This document shows, piece after piece, positions 56,067 through 63,968 of a stretch of 63,968 bases of DNA; within the stretch, counting starts at the first letter, position 1; each line of letters opens with the position of its first letter. The position numbers and the translations under genes are program-made. The stretch comes from a virus (Duplodnaviria; Caudoviricetes): IMG/VR virus record IMGVR_UViG_3300017707_001880, positions 1-63,968 of that record. One strand, given 5' to 3'. A model generated the notes under the pieces. The model saw only the letters and a list, made by a program, of their open reading frames with translations. It was not told the DNA's origin and did no database searches.

Positions 56067-56297
56067 ATGAGCACGACCATGACGAAGGCGGAAACCGACG
56101 CCGAAAGCCTCGCATCATCGACGGACATCACCCTGGCCATCCAGGACGCGTGGACCCTGCACGACCTGCTGGCGGTATGGGGCGGCAGCGCGCACAGCCG
56201 GCCGGAACTGGCGGACCACGACCGGCTCCGGGTGCTGGAAGCGGCGTTCACGCGGATGCTCCGGCTTGAGGCCGCGCACGAGGGGGACGGGCGATGA
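56067..56297 (+). CDS. Hypothetical protein
   Basis: GGAG RBS. Confidence 0.55.
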   Translation: MSTTMTKAETDAESLASSTDITLAIQDAWTLHDLLAVWGGSAHSRPELADHDRLRVLEAAFTRMLRLEAAHEGDGR

Positions 56298-56494
56298 GCG
56301 ACTTTGAGCGAGTCGTCATTACGGACGCGTTTGGCGACCCGATCGGCGTGGAGACGACGGATCGCGGGACCGTCTACATTCGCATCCTCGAAAAAGGCGA
56401 GGAATGCGGCGTTGCGCTGTCCATCGACCAATGCGCTTCCCTGATTGCGGCCATCTCGAATGCGGCCAAGGCGGTTGCGGAGGGCAAGTCGTGA
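56294..56494 (+). CDS. Hypothetical protein
   Basis: ATGA overlap. Confidence 0.55.
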   Translation: MSDFERVVITDAFGDPIGVETTDRGTVYIRILEKGEECGVALSIDQCASLIAAISNAAKAVAEGKS

Positions 56495-56832
56495 CCGAGG
56501 ACAAGCCCATCGACCCGAGGGACATGGGGCCGGCGGACATGGCCGCCCGGGGGTTCACGCGCATCAGCCGCGGGGACGCCATCCGGCGCTATTGCGTCGA
56601 GACCTGCATGTGCGGGGTTCGGCAGGAAGTCCTGCTGTGCGCGTCCGCTCACTGCCCCCTCTGGCCCTTCCGCATGGGGACGGACCCATTTCGCGATCCC
56701 CGCACCCTGACGGACGAGCAGCGGGCGGAGGCGGCCGAGCGGCTGCGCGCGGCACGGGAACGCAGGCCCGGAGCGCCCGACCAGGACGCCGCGGCGCGTG
56801 AGCGGACAGAGGGGGGCAGCATATGGGACTGA
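56491..56832 (+). CDS. Cys-rich hypothetical protein
   Basis: AIRRYCVETCMCG..EVLLCASAHCPLWPFRMG. Confidence 0.65.
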   Translation: MTEDKPIDPRDMGPADMAARGFTRISRGDAIRRYCVETCMCGVRQEVLLCASAHCPLWPFRMGTDPFRDPRTLTDEQRAEAAERLRAARERRPGAPDQDAAARERTEGGSIWD

Positions 56833-57188
56833 CGCCGATGGCGGTCGCGCTCTCCCGTGCCGGCATGTCGCAGTCTGCCCTGGCCCGGCTGGTTCGCATG
56901 AGCCCGCAGGCCTTGGCCCACTGGTGCGCTGGGAAGGTGGAGCCCCAGCCCGACATTCTGGCGTGGGTGGAGAGGCTGGCAAACGCGATCGAGAAGCACC
57001 CTCCGCCGGCCTGGCGCTCTGGACGCTGGAACCGCGCGAGAGGGGGCAAAAACCAAAATGGCCAGGGCGCTACGGGGAGAGAGCGCCCCAGCCATTCAGT
57101 GACCCACCAAACCGCCCAGAAGCACGACCTTCCGCCGGTGGAAGCGCGGCGACCGACAGGACCCGCGCTCCAGGTGCCCGTGACATAG
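56823..57188 (+). CDS. XRE-family HTH regulator
   Basis: AGMSQSALARLVRMSPQALAHWCAGKVEP. Confidence 0.7.
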   Translation: MGLTPMAVALSRAGMSQSALARLVRMSPQALAHWCAGKVEPQPDILAWVERLANAIEKHPPPAWRSGRWNRARGGKNQNGQGATGRERPSHSVTHQTAQKHDLPPVEARRPTGPALQVPVT

Positions 57189-57230
57189 GGGCCTGTGGCG
57201 CAGATCGCAACCTTTTCGAGAGGACACGAG

Positions 57231-57434
57231 ATGACCGAACGCGACGTCTCCAACGACCCCGCTGACTACCTCGCTGGCCTGTGCATCCTGGTCGCCCTTG
57301 GCGTCATGGTTCTGATGCCAGCCGCGTGGTTCATCGCCACCGGCCACTGGTTCGCATTTTTCCTGACAATCTTTTTCGGGAAATTCGCCGCCTGGATCGT
57401 GACCGCCCCGCTGATCGACGATGAGGAAGACTGA
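57231..57434 (+). CDS. Small two-TM membrane protein
   Basis: LAGLCILVALGVMVLMPAAWFI...WFAFFLTIFFG. Confidence 0.6.
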   Translation: MTERDVSNDPADYLAGLCILVALGVMVLMPAAWFIATGHWFAFFLTIFFGKFAAWIVTAPLIDDEED

Positions 57435-57447
57435 TGCCCCAGACGCG

Positions 57448-57484
57448 CCAAAGGCCCGGACCTTGACGGGACCCGGGCCTTTGG
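57448..57484 (+). terminator. Strong hairpin upstream of the initiator gene
   Basis: CCAAAGGCCCGG...CCGGGCCTTTGG. Confidence 0.55.
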
Positions 57485-57642
57485 TTCAGTCTCTCGACGT
57501 TGCAGCCGCCCTCTGTCCAGGAGAACAGCTGCGGTGTTCATCTTCCTGTGCGCGATGAACACCAAGGGTGCGACCGGAGTATGGTTAGGCTCCGTCACCC
57601 TGTCAACGCTGACGCACCGGTTGTTGTGTTGCGAGGCGTCAA

Positions 57643-58377
57643 ATGTCGAACTTGTCATTCTTCGACCGCTCCAAGCAGTTCGCTTGGAACCTCCCCCGTC
57701 ACCTGTCGCCGGGCGCCAGGATCACGGCCATCGCGCTGTTCCTCCATGCCCACGATGACGGCATGGGCATCTACGTCAGCGTCGAGAACCTGATGAAGTT
57801 CACATGCCTGGAGAACCGCACCCAGTACCGGGCGCTGGTCGAACTGGCCAAGGCTGGATACCTGGAGGCGGACGGGTTTCAGCACCACCGCAAGGGCGTG
57901 AAGACGCGCCGACGTCGGTTGAACCTTGGGCTCATGAGCAAAGTGCGAGCCGTCGAAGACGCGATTATTGCCCAGAAGCAGGGTGTCACAGGTGGCACTG
58001 TGCCGAACGACCACACTGACACTGGTGACACCCACCACACTGTCACCAGTGACAAAACCACACTGTCACCCGTGTCAGACAAACCGAATAGAAGAACCGA
58101 AGAGAGAGAACCGACAGAGATTCCTAACGGAATCTCCCACGTGCGCGCGAGTGACGCGATGTTCCTGGCCTTCTGGAGCCTCTACCCGAGGAAGGAGGGG
58201 CAGCTTGCCGCACGGCGAGCCTGGGACGACATCACCCGGGAGCATTCCCCGGTCACCGTCCTCACCGCGCTTGAGCATCACGAGTTCTCGATCGACCCCC
58301 AATACATCCCCATGCCGGCGAGGTGGCTGTCTCATGGCCGCTTCCTTGACCAGCCGGACGGGGCGGCCCTGTCATGA
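57643..58377 (+). CDS. Replication initiator (lambda O-like organisation)
   Basis: N-terminal wHTH (YVSVENLMKFTCLENRTQYRALVELAKAGYL), iteron-encoded linker, C-terminal FWSLYPRKEG...YIPMPARWL. Confidence 0.8.
   Translation: MSNLSFFDRSKQFAWNLPRHLSPGARITAIALFLHAHDDGMGIYVSVENLMKFTCLENRTQYRALVELAKAGYLEADGFQHHRKGVKTRRRRLNLGLMSKVRAVEDAIIAQKQGVTGGTVPNDHTDTGDTHHTVTSDKTTLSPVSDKPNRRTEEREPTEIPNGISHVRASDAMFLAFWSLYPRKEGQLAARRAWDDITREHSPVTVLTALEHHEFSIDPQYIPMPARWLSHGRFLDQPDGAALS
57984..58077. repeat. Four palindromic iterons TGWCAC-NN-GTGDCA (putative origin)
   Basis: TGTCACAGGTGGCA, TGACACTGGTGACA, TGTCACCAGTGACA, TGTCACCCGTGTCA; the last three are preceded by ACCACAC. Confidence 0.8.
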
Positions 58378-58883
58378 GCAAGGCGCTGAATTGGGACCGG
58401 ATGCGGGACGCGGAGAAGATGCGCGGCCCGGCCTTCCCGACCAGGACGCAGGCTCGCATTGAACGGGTGGCCGACGCCTTCATCAGCCAAGCAAACCAGG
58501 ATGCCGCGCGCCCGCAGCCCAAGAGCAAGAAACTCATCAAGGCCAAGCGGCACTTGGAAAGCCGGGGAATGTTCCCCATCCCGGCGCTCAAGGAAATCAA
58601 ATCCTGCCGTATGAGGAACGGCAAATGGAGCGCAAAAGTCCTGGCTAAGTGGGGTATCCCCTGGGTTGCGCCCTATGGCGCTCCCCTTGGCTGGCAACAA
58701 CGCCTAGCCGAGTTGCGGGCAGTCGGGGACGTGAAATGGCGCGGCTGGGATGCCGACACCCCCGAGCGGGAACTGAAATGGCTGTCGAAGCCAGACCACC
58801 GGCTCGCTCGCCAACTTGAAAACGAACTGCTTGACCAAGCCCGGTTCATGATCGGGCCAACCAACCCAAGGAGCACGACATGA
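58374..58883 (+). CDS. Hypothetical protein
   Basis: RNGKWSAKVLAKWGIPW..P.GW. Confidence 0.65.
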   Translation: MSKALNWDRMRDAEKMRGPAFPTRTQARIERVADAFISQANQDAARPQPKSKKLIKAKRHLESRGMFPIPALKEIKSCRMRNGKWSAKVLAKWGIPWVAPYGAPLGWQQRLAELRAVGDVKWRGWDADTPERELKWLSKPDHRLARQLENELLDQARFMIGPTNPRSTT

Positions 58884-59152
58884 ACAGCATGACCGACCAG
58901 GAAGCCGCCGACATCGACCGCCAGGCAGTCATCATCGCCCGAGCCATGCTAGGGCAAATGCCGGCGGACGGGGGATCACCCCTCCTGCTCATCACCGCAT
59001 TCATCAACGTCGCGGGAAACCTCTACATGATGATGAACCCGCCGCCGGCAGCACGCCCCGCCTTCCGCGCCATGTTTGAGGAAGGCATTGCCAAGGCGCT
59101 CGACACCGCCGAGGCACACATGGACCGGGACGGCTCCGGCCTGTCGCACTAA
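58880..59152 (+). CDS. Hypothetical protein
   Basis: AAGGAG RBS. Confidence 0.6.
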   Translation: MNSMTDQEAADIDRQAVIIARAMLGQMPADGGSPLLLITAFINVAGNLYMMMNPPPAARPAFRAMFEEGIAKALDTAEAHMDRDGSGLSH

Positions 59153-59164
59153 AGGAGAAGCACG

Positions 59165-59386
59165 ATGACCAAACTTGAACTTGTGGCCGAGGCCATCTCG
59201 GGTTGCGCCTGGGATCGGCTGTTGGAAGTTGACCGCGACATTCACCGCGCACGGGCACGGGCCGCCATCGAGGCCTTGCGCCCGCTGACGCTGGATATGA
59301 ACGCCGCCCTGCGGTCCCATGGCATGCCGCACGAGGGCTGGAGCGCGGCGCTGGATTTTGTGGTTGCTGGAGCGGAGTCCCTGTGA
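59165..59386 (+). CDS. Hypothetical protein
   Basis: AAGGAG RBS; RARAAIEALRP. Confidence 0.6.
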   Translation: MTKLELVAEAISGCAWDRLLEVDRDIHRARARAAIEALRPLTLDMNAALRSHGMPHEGWSAALDFVVAGAESL

Positions 59387-60138
59387 TGGCCGACGAACGA
59401 AGCCTTGCTGCTCGCATGTTGGATCCCGAGACGCAGGCACGCGCCGCGTTGGAATTCTCCCGGCTCGGCTCAAGCTCTGAGGAAGCGGCAACCTGGGCCG
59501 TTGCCGCCGCGGTGTTCAGCCTGCGGGATACGGTGGAGCGGGCGATGATGCCGGCGGTGGTGACCGGGGCCGACCCCTGGCACATGACCAAGAACGACTT
59601 TGGTTCGAAGGCACCGGAACCCGACAAGAGCCAACTCACGCCCGAGGAAGCCGCCGCCATACGACGGTGGACCGTTTACCCGCACGGGCCGTTCCCCTTT
59701 ACAAGGACGGACATGGGCTTTGCGGACCAGGCGCTGGCAGACGAAGCGCGGCGCACGCAAGACGCCCTGAATTGCGCGCGCGATCTCATGAGCCGGGACC
59801 CCGCCAGCCAATCTCGGCCCGAAGATCGCAGTGTCTTTTTCGGCCCCATTGCCGGTCCGGCCCCCGTATCACCCACCGGTGGATCGCAACTCCAGTCCGC
59901 CCAGCGGATGGGCGACAAGCGGCGCACCCAGGCCGACTGCCCGTTTTCGGACGCGGACATCGAGACGATACGGAAGAACGGGTATCGCCCCGCCGTGACC
60001 CGGGAGCAGGTGTTTGCCGCGATTGCGGATAGCTCGATCGGCTGCAAAGGCGCCCGCTCTCCGTGTGACCCGGCCAAAACCTGTAGTTGTAAACTACGGA
60101 CCGGAGCCGTGATGAAGTTGCTGGAGGGCGGGGAATGA
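59383..60138 (+). CDS. Hypothetical protein
   Basis: Coupled ORF. Confidence 0.55.
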   Translation: MMADERSLAARMLDPETQARAALEFSRLGSSSEEAATWAVAAAVFSLRDTVERAMMPAVVTGADPWHMTKNDFGSKAPEPDKSQLTPEEAAAIRRWTVYPHGPFPFTRTDMGFADQALADEARRTQDALNCARDLMSRDPASQSRPEDRSVFFGPIAGPAPVSPTGGSQLQSAQRMGDKRRTQADCPFSDADIETIRKNGYRPAVTREQVFAAIADSSIGCKGARSPCDPAKTCSCKLRTGAVMKLLEGGE

Positions 60139-60472
60139 CGGACATGGAAGAATACCTCGCGGGCCTGAGGCGGGCGACGTGGTGGTGGTCTCGCACAAGC
60201 TGGACGGATACCGCGAATGGCCGGTGACCAAGGCGACGAAAACGCAGGTCATCATCGGGGACACAAAATTCAGGCGCGCCAATGGGTGGGAGATGGGACC
60301 CGAGTGGGGGCGGAAATCCAACATTGAATACCCGACGAAAAAAGTCGCCCGCATTGCGGCGTTCCGCACCATCCGCGACACGCTGAAAAAGGACCTCACC
60401 CTCGAATCCATCCCGGCCATGCGGCTGGCGCTCGATCGGGCCGAGGATCTGCTGAAGGAGGACGGCCAGTGA
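60135..60472 (+). pseudogene. ORF with an apparent 1-nt deletion near 60168
   Basis: MTDMEEYLAGL frame shifts into AGDVVVVSHKLDGYREWPVTKATKTQVII. Confidence 0.5.
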
Positions 60473-60738
60473 CGGACGACGAGATCAAGGCGCTGATCGT
60501 GGAGTGCAGCGCGCCCGGAGCGGAGAACTCGTATCTTGGCTTCGACGCAGTGAAGGCGCTGGCGGAAGACGCCCTCCGCTTCCGCCACATCACCCGGAAC
60601 GCCGAGCACATGCCGGACCCCGAGCCATACCCAGGACAGCCCACGCGCTACGGGTGGTCCGTTCAGTGGGGAGCCTGGGGCGACCAGCACACCACCCTCC
60701 GCGAAGCCATCGACCAGGACATGAGGAAGAAGCCATGA
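60469..60738 (+). CDS. Hypothetical protein
   Basis: EDALRFRHI...TLREAIDQDM. Confidence 0.6.
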   Translation: MTDDEIKALIVECSAPGAENSYLGFDAVKALAEDALRFRHITRNAEHMPDPEPYPGQPTRYGWSVQWGAWGDQHTTLREAIDQDMRKKP

Positions 60739-61070
60739 CCGAGCACACCCCCGTCCAGGCCGTCACCGTGCCCAAGCTGCTGGAGAGCCATGCGGCGCTC
60801 GAAAGGCTTTTGCTGTCCACGGAGGACCGCATCCGCGATGAACTCGCCAAGCAGTACGGCGTGGCCATCGAGGACCGGGTGGAGTTTGCCGCCTTCCGCT
60901 ACGGCGGCAAGATCATGCGCGTCTGGGTTGTCTCGATCGCCGTTCTCATACGGGAGGGGGCTGCGACCCTTATCGTCTCCGGGACCGTGAACAAGGGGGC
61001 GTCGACGCAGCACGCGTTCCCCTGGAACCCCGCCACCTGCACCGTCGTCAAGAAGGGAGAGCCGGGATGA
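60735..61070 (+). CDS. Hypothetical protein
   Basis: Coupled ORF. Confidence 0.6.
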   Translation: MTEHTPVQAVTVPKLLESHAALERLLLSTEDRIRDELAKQYGVAIEDRVEFAAFRYGGKIMRVWVVSIAVLIREGAATLIVSGTVNKGASTQHAFPWNPATCTVVKKGEPG

Positions 61071-61279
61071 GCCAGACCACTGACGCTGAAGCCCCGAGGG
61101 GCGGAGGCTGGTCGCACCCGTCGATGCCAGCCACCCCGAAGCCGCGCCCGATCGGGATTACCCCCAACCAGTGGGGGCTTGTGCATGTCCTGTATGATGA
61201 CGGGACCGTGTGGCAGTGGTTCCCGGAACACAAGATATGGAGCCCGTTACCTCCAATCCCGCAGGAAAATGGGACATGA
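61067..61279 (+). CDS. Hypothetical protein
   Basis: LYDDGTVWQW...WSPLPPIPQ. Confidence 0.6.
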   Translation: MSQTTDAEAPRGGGWSHPSMPATPKPRPIGITPNQWGLVHVLYDDGTVWQWFPEHKIWSPLPPIPQENGT

Positions 61280-61455
61280 CCACCTACCGCACCCTCCACG
61301 ACATGCAGGAGGCCATGGACCGCACCGCCAGGCACATCGAGCGGCAGGCCGAGCAAGACCCGCCCAACAAGCACGCACTCCTGGCAACCGCCAAGGGGTG
61401 GAAAGACGCCGCGGCATACGTGCGCAAAGTGATGGCGAAGGAGAAGGACCCGTGA
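61276..61455 (+). CDS. Small hypothetical protein
   Basis: Coupled ORF. Confidence 0.5.
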   Translation: MTTYRTLHDMQEAMDRTARHIERQAEQDPPNKHALLATAKGWKDAAAYVRKVMAKEKDP

Positions 61456-62159
61456 AGATCGAAACCATCGGGGCCGCAACGCTCTATCTTGGCGATTGCC
61501 GCGAGTTGTTTGAGGGGATCGGGGCGGTGGATGCCTTGGTCACAGACCCTCCGTATGGGATTGGCGAAAGTAGCCGGCGGGTTGCGTCGCGCCAAAATCT
61601 GGCTGCAGTGCGCGATTACGGCGCGTTCGATTGGGACCGCGAGCCGGTGGCGTTTGACACCATATGGGCTGCAGTCGAGAAGGCGGACGCTGCAATCGTG
61701 TTTGGCGGCAACTACTATCCAATGCCTCCGTCGTCTTGCTGGCTTGTGTGGAACAAGCTGAACACCGGAGACTTTGCCGACTGCGAACTGGCATGGACCA
61801 ACCTGCCTATGGCGGTCCGCAAAATCGACTGGCTCTGGAATGGCATGATCCGCAAGGGCGATGATGTGCGGGAACACCCCACGCAAAAGCCGGTTGGCGT
61901 CATGGAATGGTGCTTAGGCTTCGTCCCGAACGCCCAAACCATCCTCGACCCCTTCATGGGCAGCGGCACCACGGGCGTCGCGTGCGCCCGCCTCGGCCGG
62001 CGGTTCATCGGGATCGAAATCGAAGAACGCTACTTCAACATCGCATGTCGCAGGATCGAGGCCGCCTACAAGCAGGCGGACCTTTTCGTTGAGCAGCCCG
62101 TCGCGGAGGACCCCGCCGAAGCCCGGCTGGTCGACCTGTTCGCGGAGCCGGAACCGTGA
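61452..62159 (+). CDS. Beta-class N6-adenine/N4-cytosine DNA methyltransferase
   Basis: TDPPYG, HPTQKP, ILDPFMGSGTTG, FIGIE. Confidence 0.92.
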   Translation: MKIETIGAATLYLGDCRELFEGIGAVDALVTDPPYGIGESSRRVASRQNLAAVRDYGAFDWDREPVAFDTIWAAVEKADAAIVFGGNYYPMPPSSCWLVWNKLNTGDFADCELAWTNLPMAVRKIDWLWNGMIRKGDDVREHPTQKPVGVMEWCLGFVPNAQTILDPFMGSGTTGVACARLGRRFIGIEIEERYFNIACRRIEAAYKQADLFVEQPVAEDPAEARLVDLFAEPEP

Positions 62160-62258
62160 CCCGCCTCCGTACCCTCGCCGGCCGCGGCCTCGCACTCGCC
62201 GTCGTCGCCGCATTCCTCTACCAACTCGCCGTCCACATGATCAACGCCGCGCAGTGAG

Positions 62259-62295
62259 CAAAGAAAAGGGGCCGCCAGCACTACACCAGCGGCCC
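62259..62295 (-). terminator. Rho-independent terminator
   Basis: GGGGCCGC..GCGGCCCC followed by TTTTCTTT on the - strand. Confidence 0.65.
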
Positions 62296-62365
62296 CAACC
62301 TCTTGCAAAGGTCCCCTGAACCAAGGGACCTCACCATACCCACACGCTCAGACGGCGGTCAACGC

Positions 62366-62707
62366 TCACACACCCCGCAGGTGCGACAGCAGCCGGTCCA
62401 ACTCAGAACGCAGCGCACCCACCGTGCGCTCCAGGTCATGCAGCCGGCCATGAGCAACAACCACCTGCTCCTGAATGCACCCCATCTCGCGGTTCTCATA
62501 CCCCGTCGTCGCATTGGCCCACCGGCCAAGCTCCATCAGCGAAATCTGCGCGTCCGTCACATCCAACATGATCCGGTTGACCAGCGCAGGGGGCTCGTTC
62601 GCAGCCACATCATCCACGCACATCGTCATCGCCTTCAGATCAGGCGCACCCGCCGCAGAACCACCAACGCGCATCACGCCGCTCGATCGGTCCATCACAT
62701 CACACAC
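62366..62707 (-). CDS. Hypothetical protein with C-terminal coiled coil
   Basis: AAGGGG RBS; RLHDLERTVGALRSELDRLLSHL; terminator downstream. Confidence 0.55.
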   Translation of the reverse strand: MCDVMDRSSGVMRVGGSAAGAPDLKAMTMCVDDVAANEPPALVNRIMLDVTDAQISLMELGRWANATTGYENREMGCIQEQVVVAHGRLHDLERTVGALRSELDRLLSHLRGV

Positions 62708-63501
62708 CCCTTCATTATATCAGAAAACGCTAATGAGGATCGAAAGTCTTCCCCCGCACGCGCACACACGCACACGCGCATAATGCGCACGCGCCCGCGG
62801 ATACATAAAGGAAGATAGTTCCATACCGTGAACCCCCCGCTCCCCTACCCCCAAAAACACCGCCTGTCCACCACAATCTCCACACCCACGACTCCCTCCC
62901 AACCTCCAATATTTTCCGCCAAATAAAATTCTGCGAAATTCAAAGCTGCACCACACGACCTCACCACACACCATGTCCGCAGCCCACAACAACCGCGATG
63001 CGAAACGCAATTCTTCCTGAACTTAAAAAATCCGGGGGACACCGAACAACAATCAAACCCCGAAGCCGATCAACAGCACAGGCACCACGCACCAACAGTC
63101 GCACACCCGAACCACACGCCGACATCAATAACCGTTCCCATTCCAGCACAACTGATTTTGGAAAATGGCGCTGGTAGGTGGAGAAAAATCTGCAAATTCC
63201 CCGACAGCGATCGCAGCCGTTCATTGGCAATCCGGCATGACCACTTTTCGGAATTGCATGTGACAGGGGGGGTGGGTCCCTATAATTGAATTGGTTGACC
63301 TGGTTGACGGGGGGTGGGGGGGCCTCAAGAGGGGCACCCGAAGCATCGGCCTTCGCCAGTCACACACACACACAGCACGGGGGCAGCGGGCAGGAGCAAG
63401 CGGCCAGGACATTGAAGCGGGGCGACCGATCCAGGCTTGTCCAATCCTATACGCTCGTTTAGGGTCGGACCCACACGACAGACCCCGAGGACAATCATCC
63501 C

Positions 63502-63968
63502 ATGACCGACACAGCCACGCCCCAAGCGCGGGCCATCGCTTATCTGCGCGTCAGCACCCAGCGGCAAGGACGCAGCGGCCTCGGCCTTGAAGCGCAGCGG
63601 GACATCATCACCCGTCATTGCCAGACGCACGGCATCACCATCGCAGGCGAACACATGGAGGTGGAGACCGGCAAAGGCGCCGACGCCATCGACCGCCGGC
63701 CAGAGCTTAAAGCGGCCCTCGCAGCGGCCCGACGCATCCGCGCCCCGGTCATCGTGGCCAAGTTGGACCGGCTATCGCGGGACGTCGCGTTCATCGCTGG
63801 CCTTATGGCGGCTCAGGTCCCGTTCACCTGCTGCGACATCCCCGACGCTGATCCTCTCATGCTGCACATCTATGCGGCGATGGCAGAGCAGGAACGGCGG
63901 ATGATATCGGCCAGGACCAAGGCCGCATTGGCAGCCAAAAAGGCTGGTGGCGCGACCCTCGGCAATCC
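63502..63968 (+). CDS. Serine recombinase (resolvase/invertase family), N-terminal part; continues at 124-328
   Basis: [33 protein letters not shown]...RRPELKAAL...[12 protein letters not shown] contains the catalytic YxRVS and DRLSR motifs; ~223 aa across the junction. Confidence 0.93.
   Translation, partial: MTDTATPQARAIAYLRVSTQRQGRSGLGLEAQRDIITRHCQTHGITIAGEHMEVETGKGADAIDRRPELKAALAAARRIRAPVIVAKLDRLSRDVAFIAGLMAAQVPFTCCDIPDADPLMLHIYAAMAEQERRMISARTKAALAAKKAGGATLGN
63846..63968. repeat. Terminal overlap, identical to 1-123
   Basis: Exact 123-bp duplication of the contig start. Confidence 0.97.

Noticed and set aside
61452-62159. CcrM ortholog paired with GcrA
   Set aside because: Same beta class but short and lacking the CcrM C-terminal domain; specificity cannot be read from the sequence
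62720-63500. tRNA or other known ncRNA gene
   Set aside because: No cloverleaf or T-loop/CCA signature was recognisable by eye

Overview
The window appears to be a complete, circularly assembled genome (~63.85 kb; bases 1-123 repeat exactly at 63846-63968) of a high-GC, short-tailed dsDNA phage. A phage-encoded GcrA and a GapR-like protein point to an alphaproteobacterial host. Six transcription blocks are visible. (1) + strand, 63502 across the junction to 6980: a small serine recombinase, then many small early genes including an ArdA-like antirestriction protein. (2) - strand, 10978-7010: GapR/RMF-like protein, RusA, an orphan replication-initiator C-terminal domain, a C5 methyltransferase with an out-of-frame nested subunit, and GcrA. 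(3) + strand, 11112-17849: exonuclease, RecT and Lar-like genes. (4) - strand late operon, 54566-17827: terminase (with a mini-intein), portal, GroES-like protein, scaffold, capsid, double HNH, tail proteins, ejection proteins, a 2179-aa polyvalent protein and a holin-like gene. (5) + strand, 54660-62159: MarR, XRE, a replication initiator with internal iterons and an N4/N6 methyltransferase. (6) A short - strand ORF and a non-coding tract. Most notable: three fibre-like late proteins carry Sec/Tat-type signal peptides, two of them with paired cysteines, while no endolysin or spanin is recognisable, which suggests periplasmic maturation of virion parts. Also notable are a recurring x-x-G-G-x-[VIL] tag shared by four late proteins, a covarying ACACGAC-loop hairpin ahead of early genes, and helically phased 11-bp repeats at a divergent promoter. 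All product calls come from motif recognition by eye; no database searches were run.
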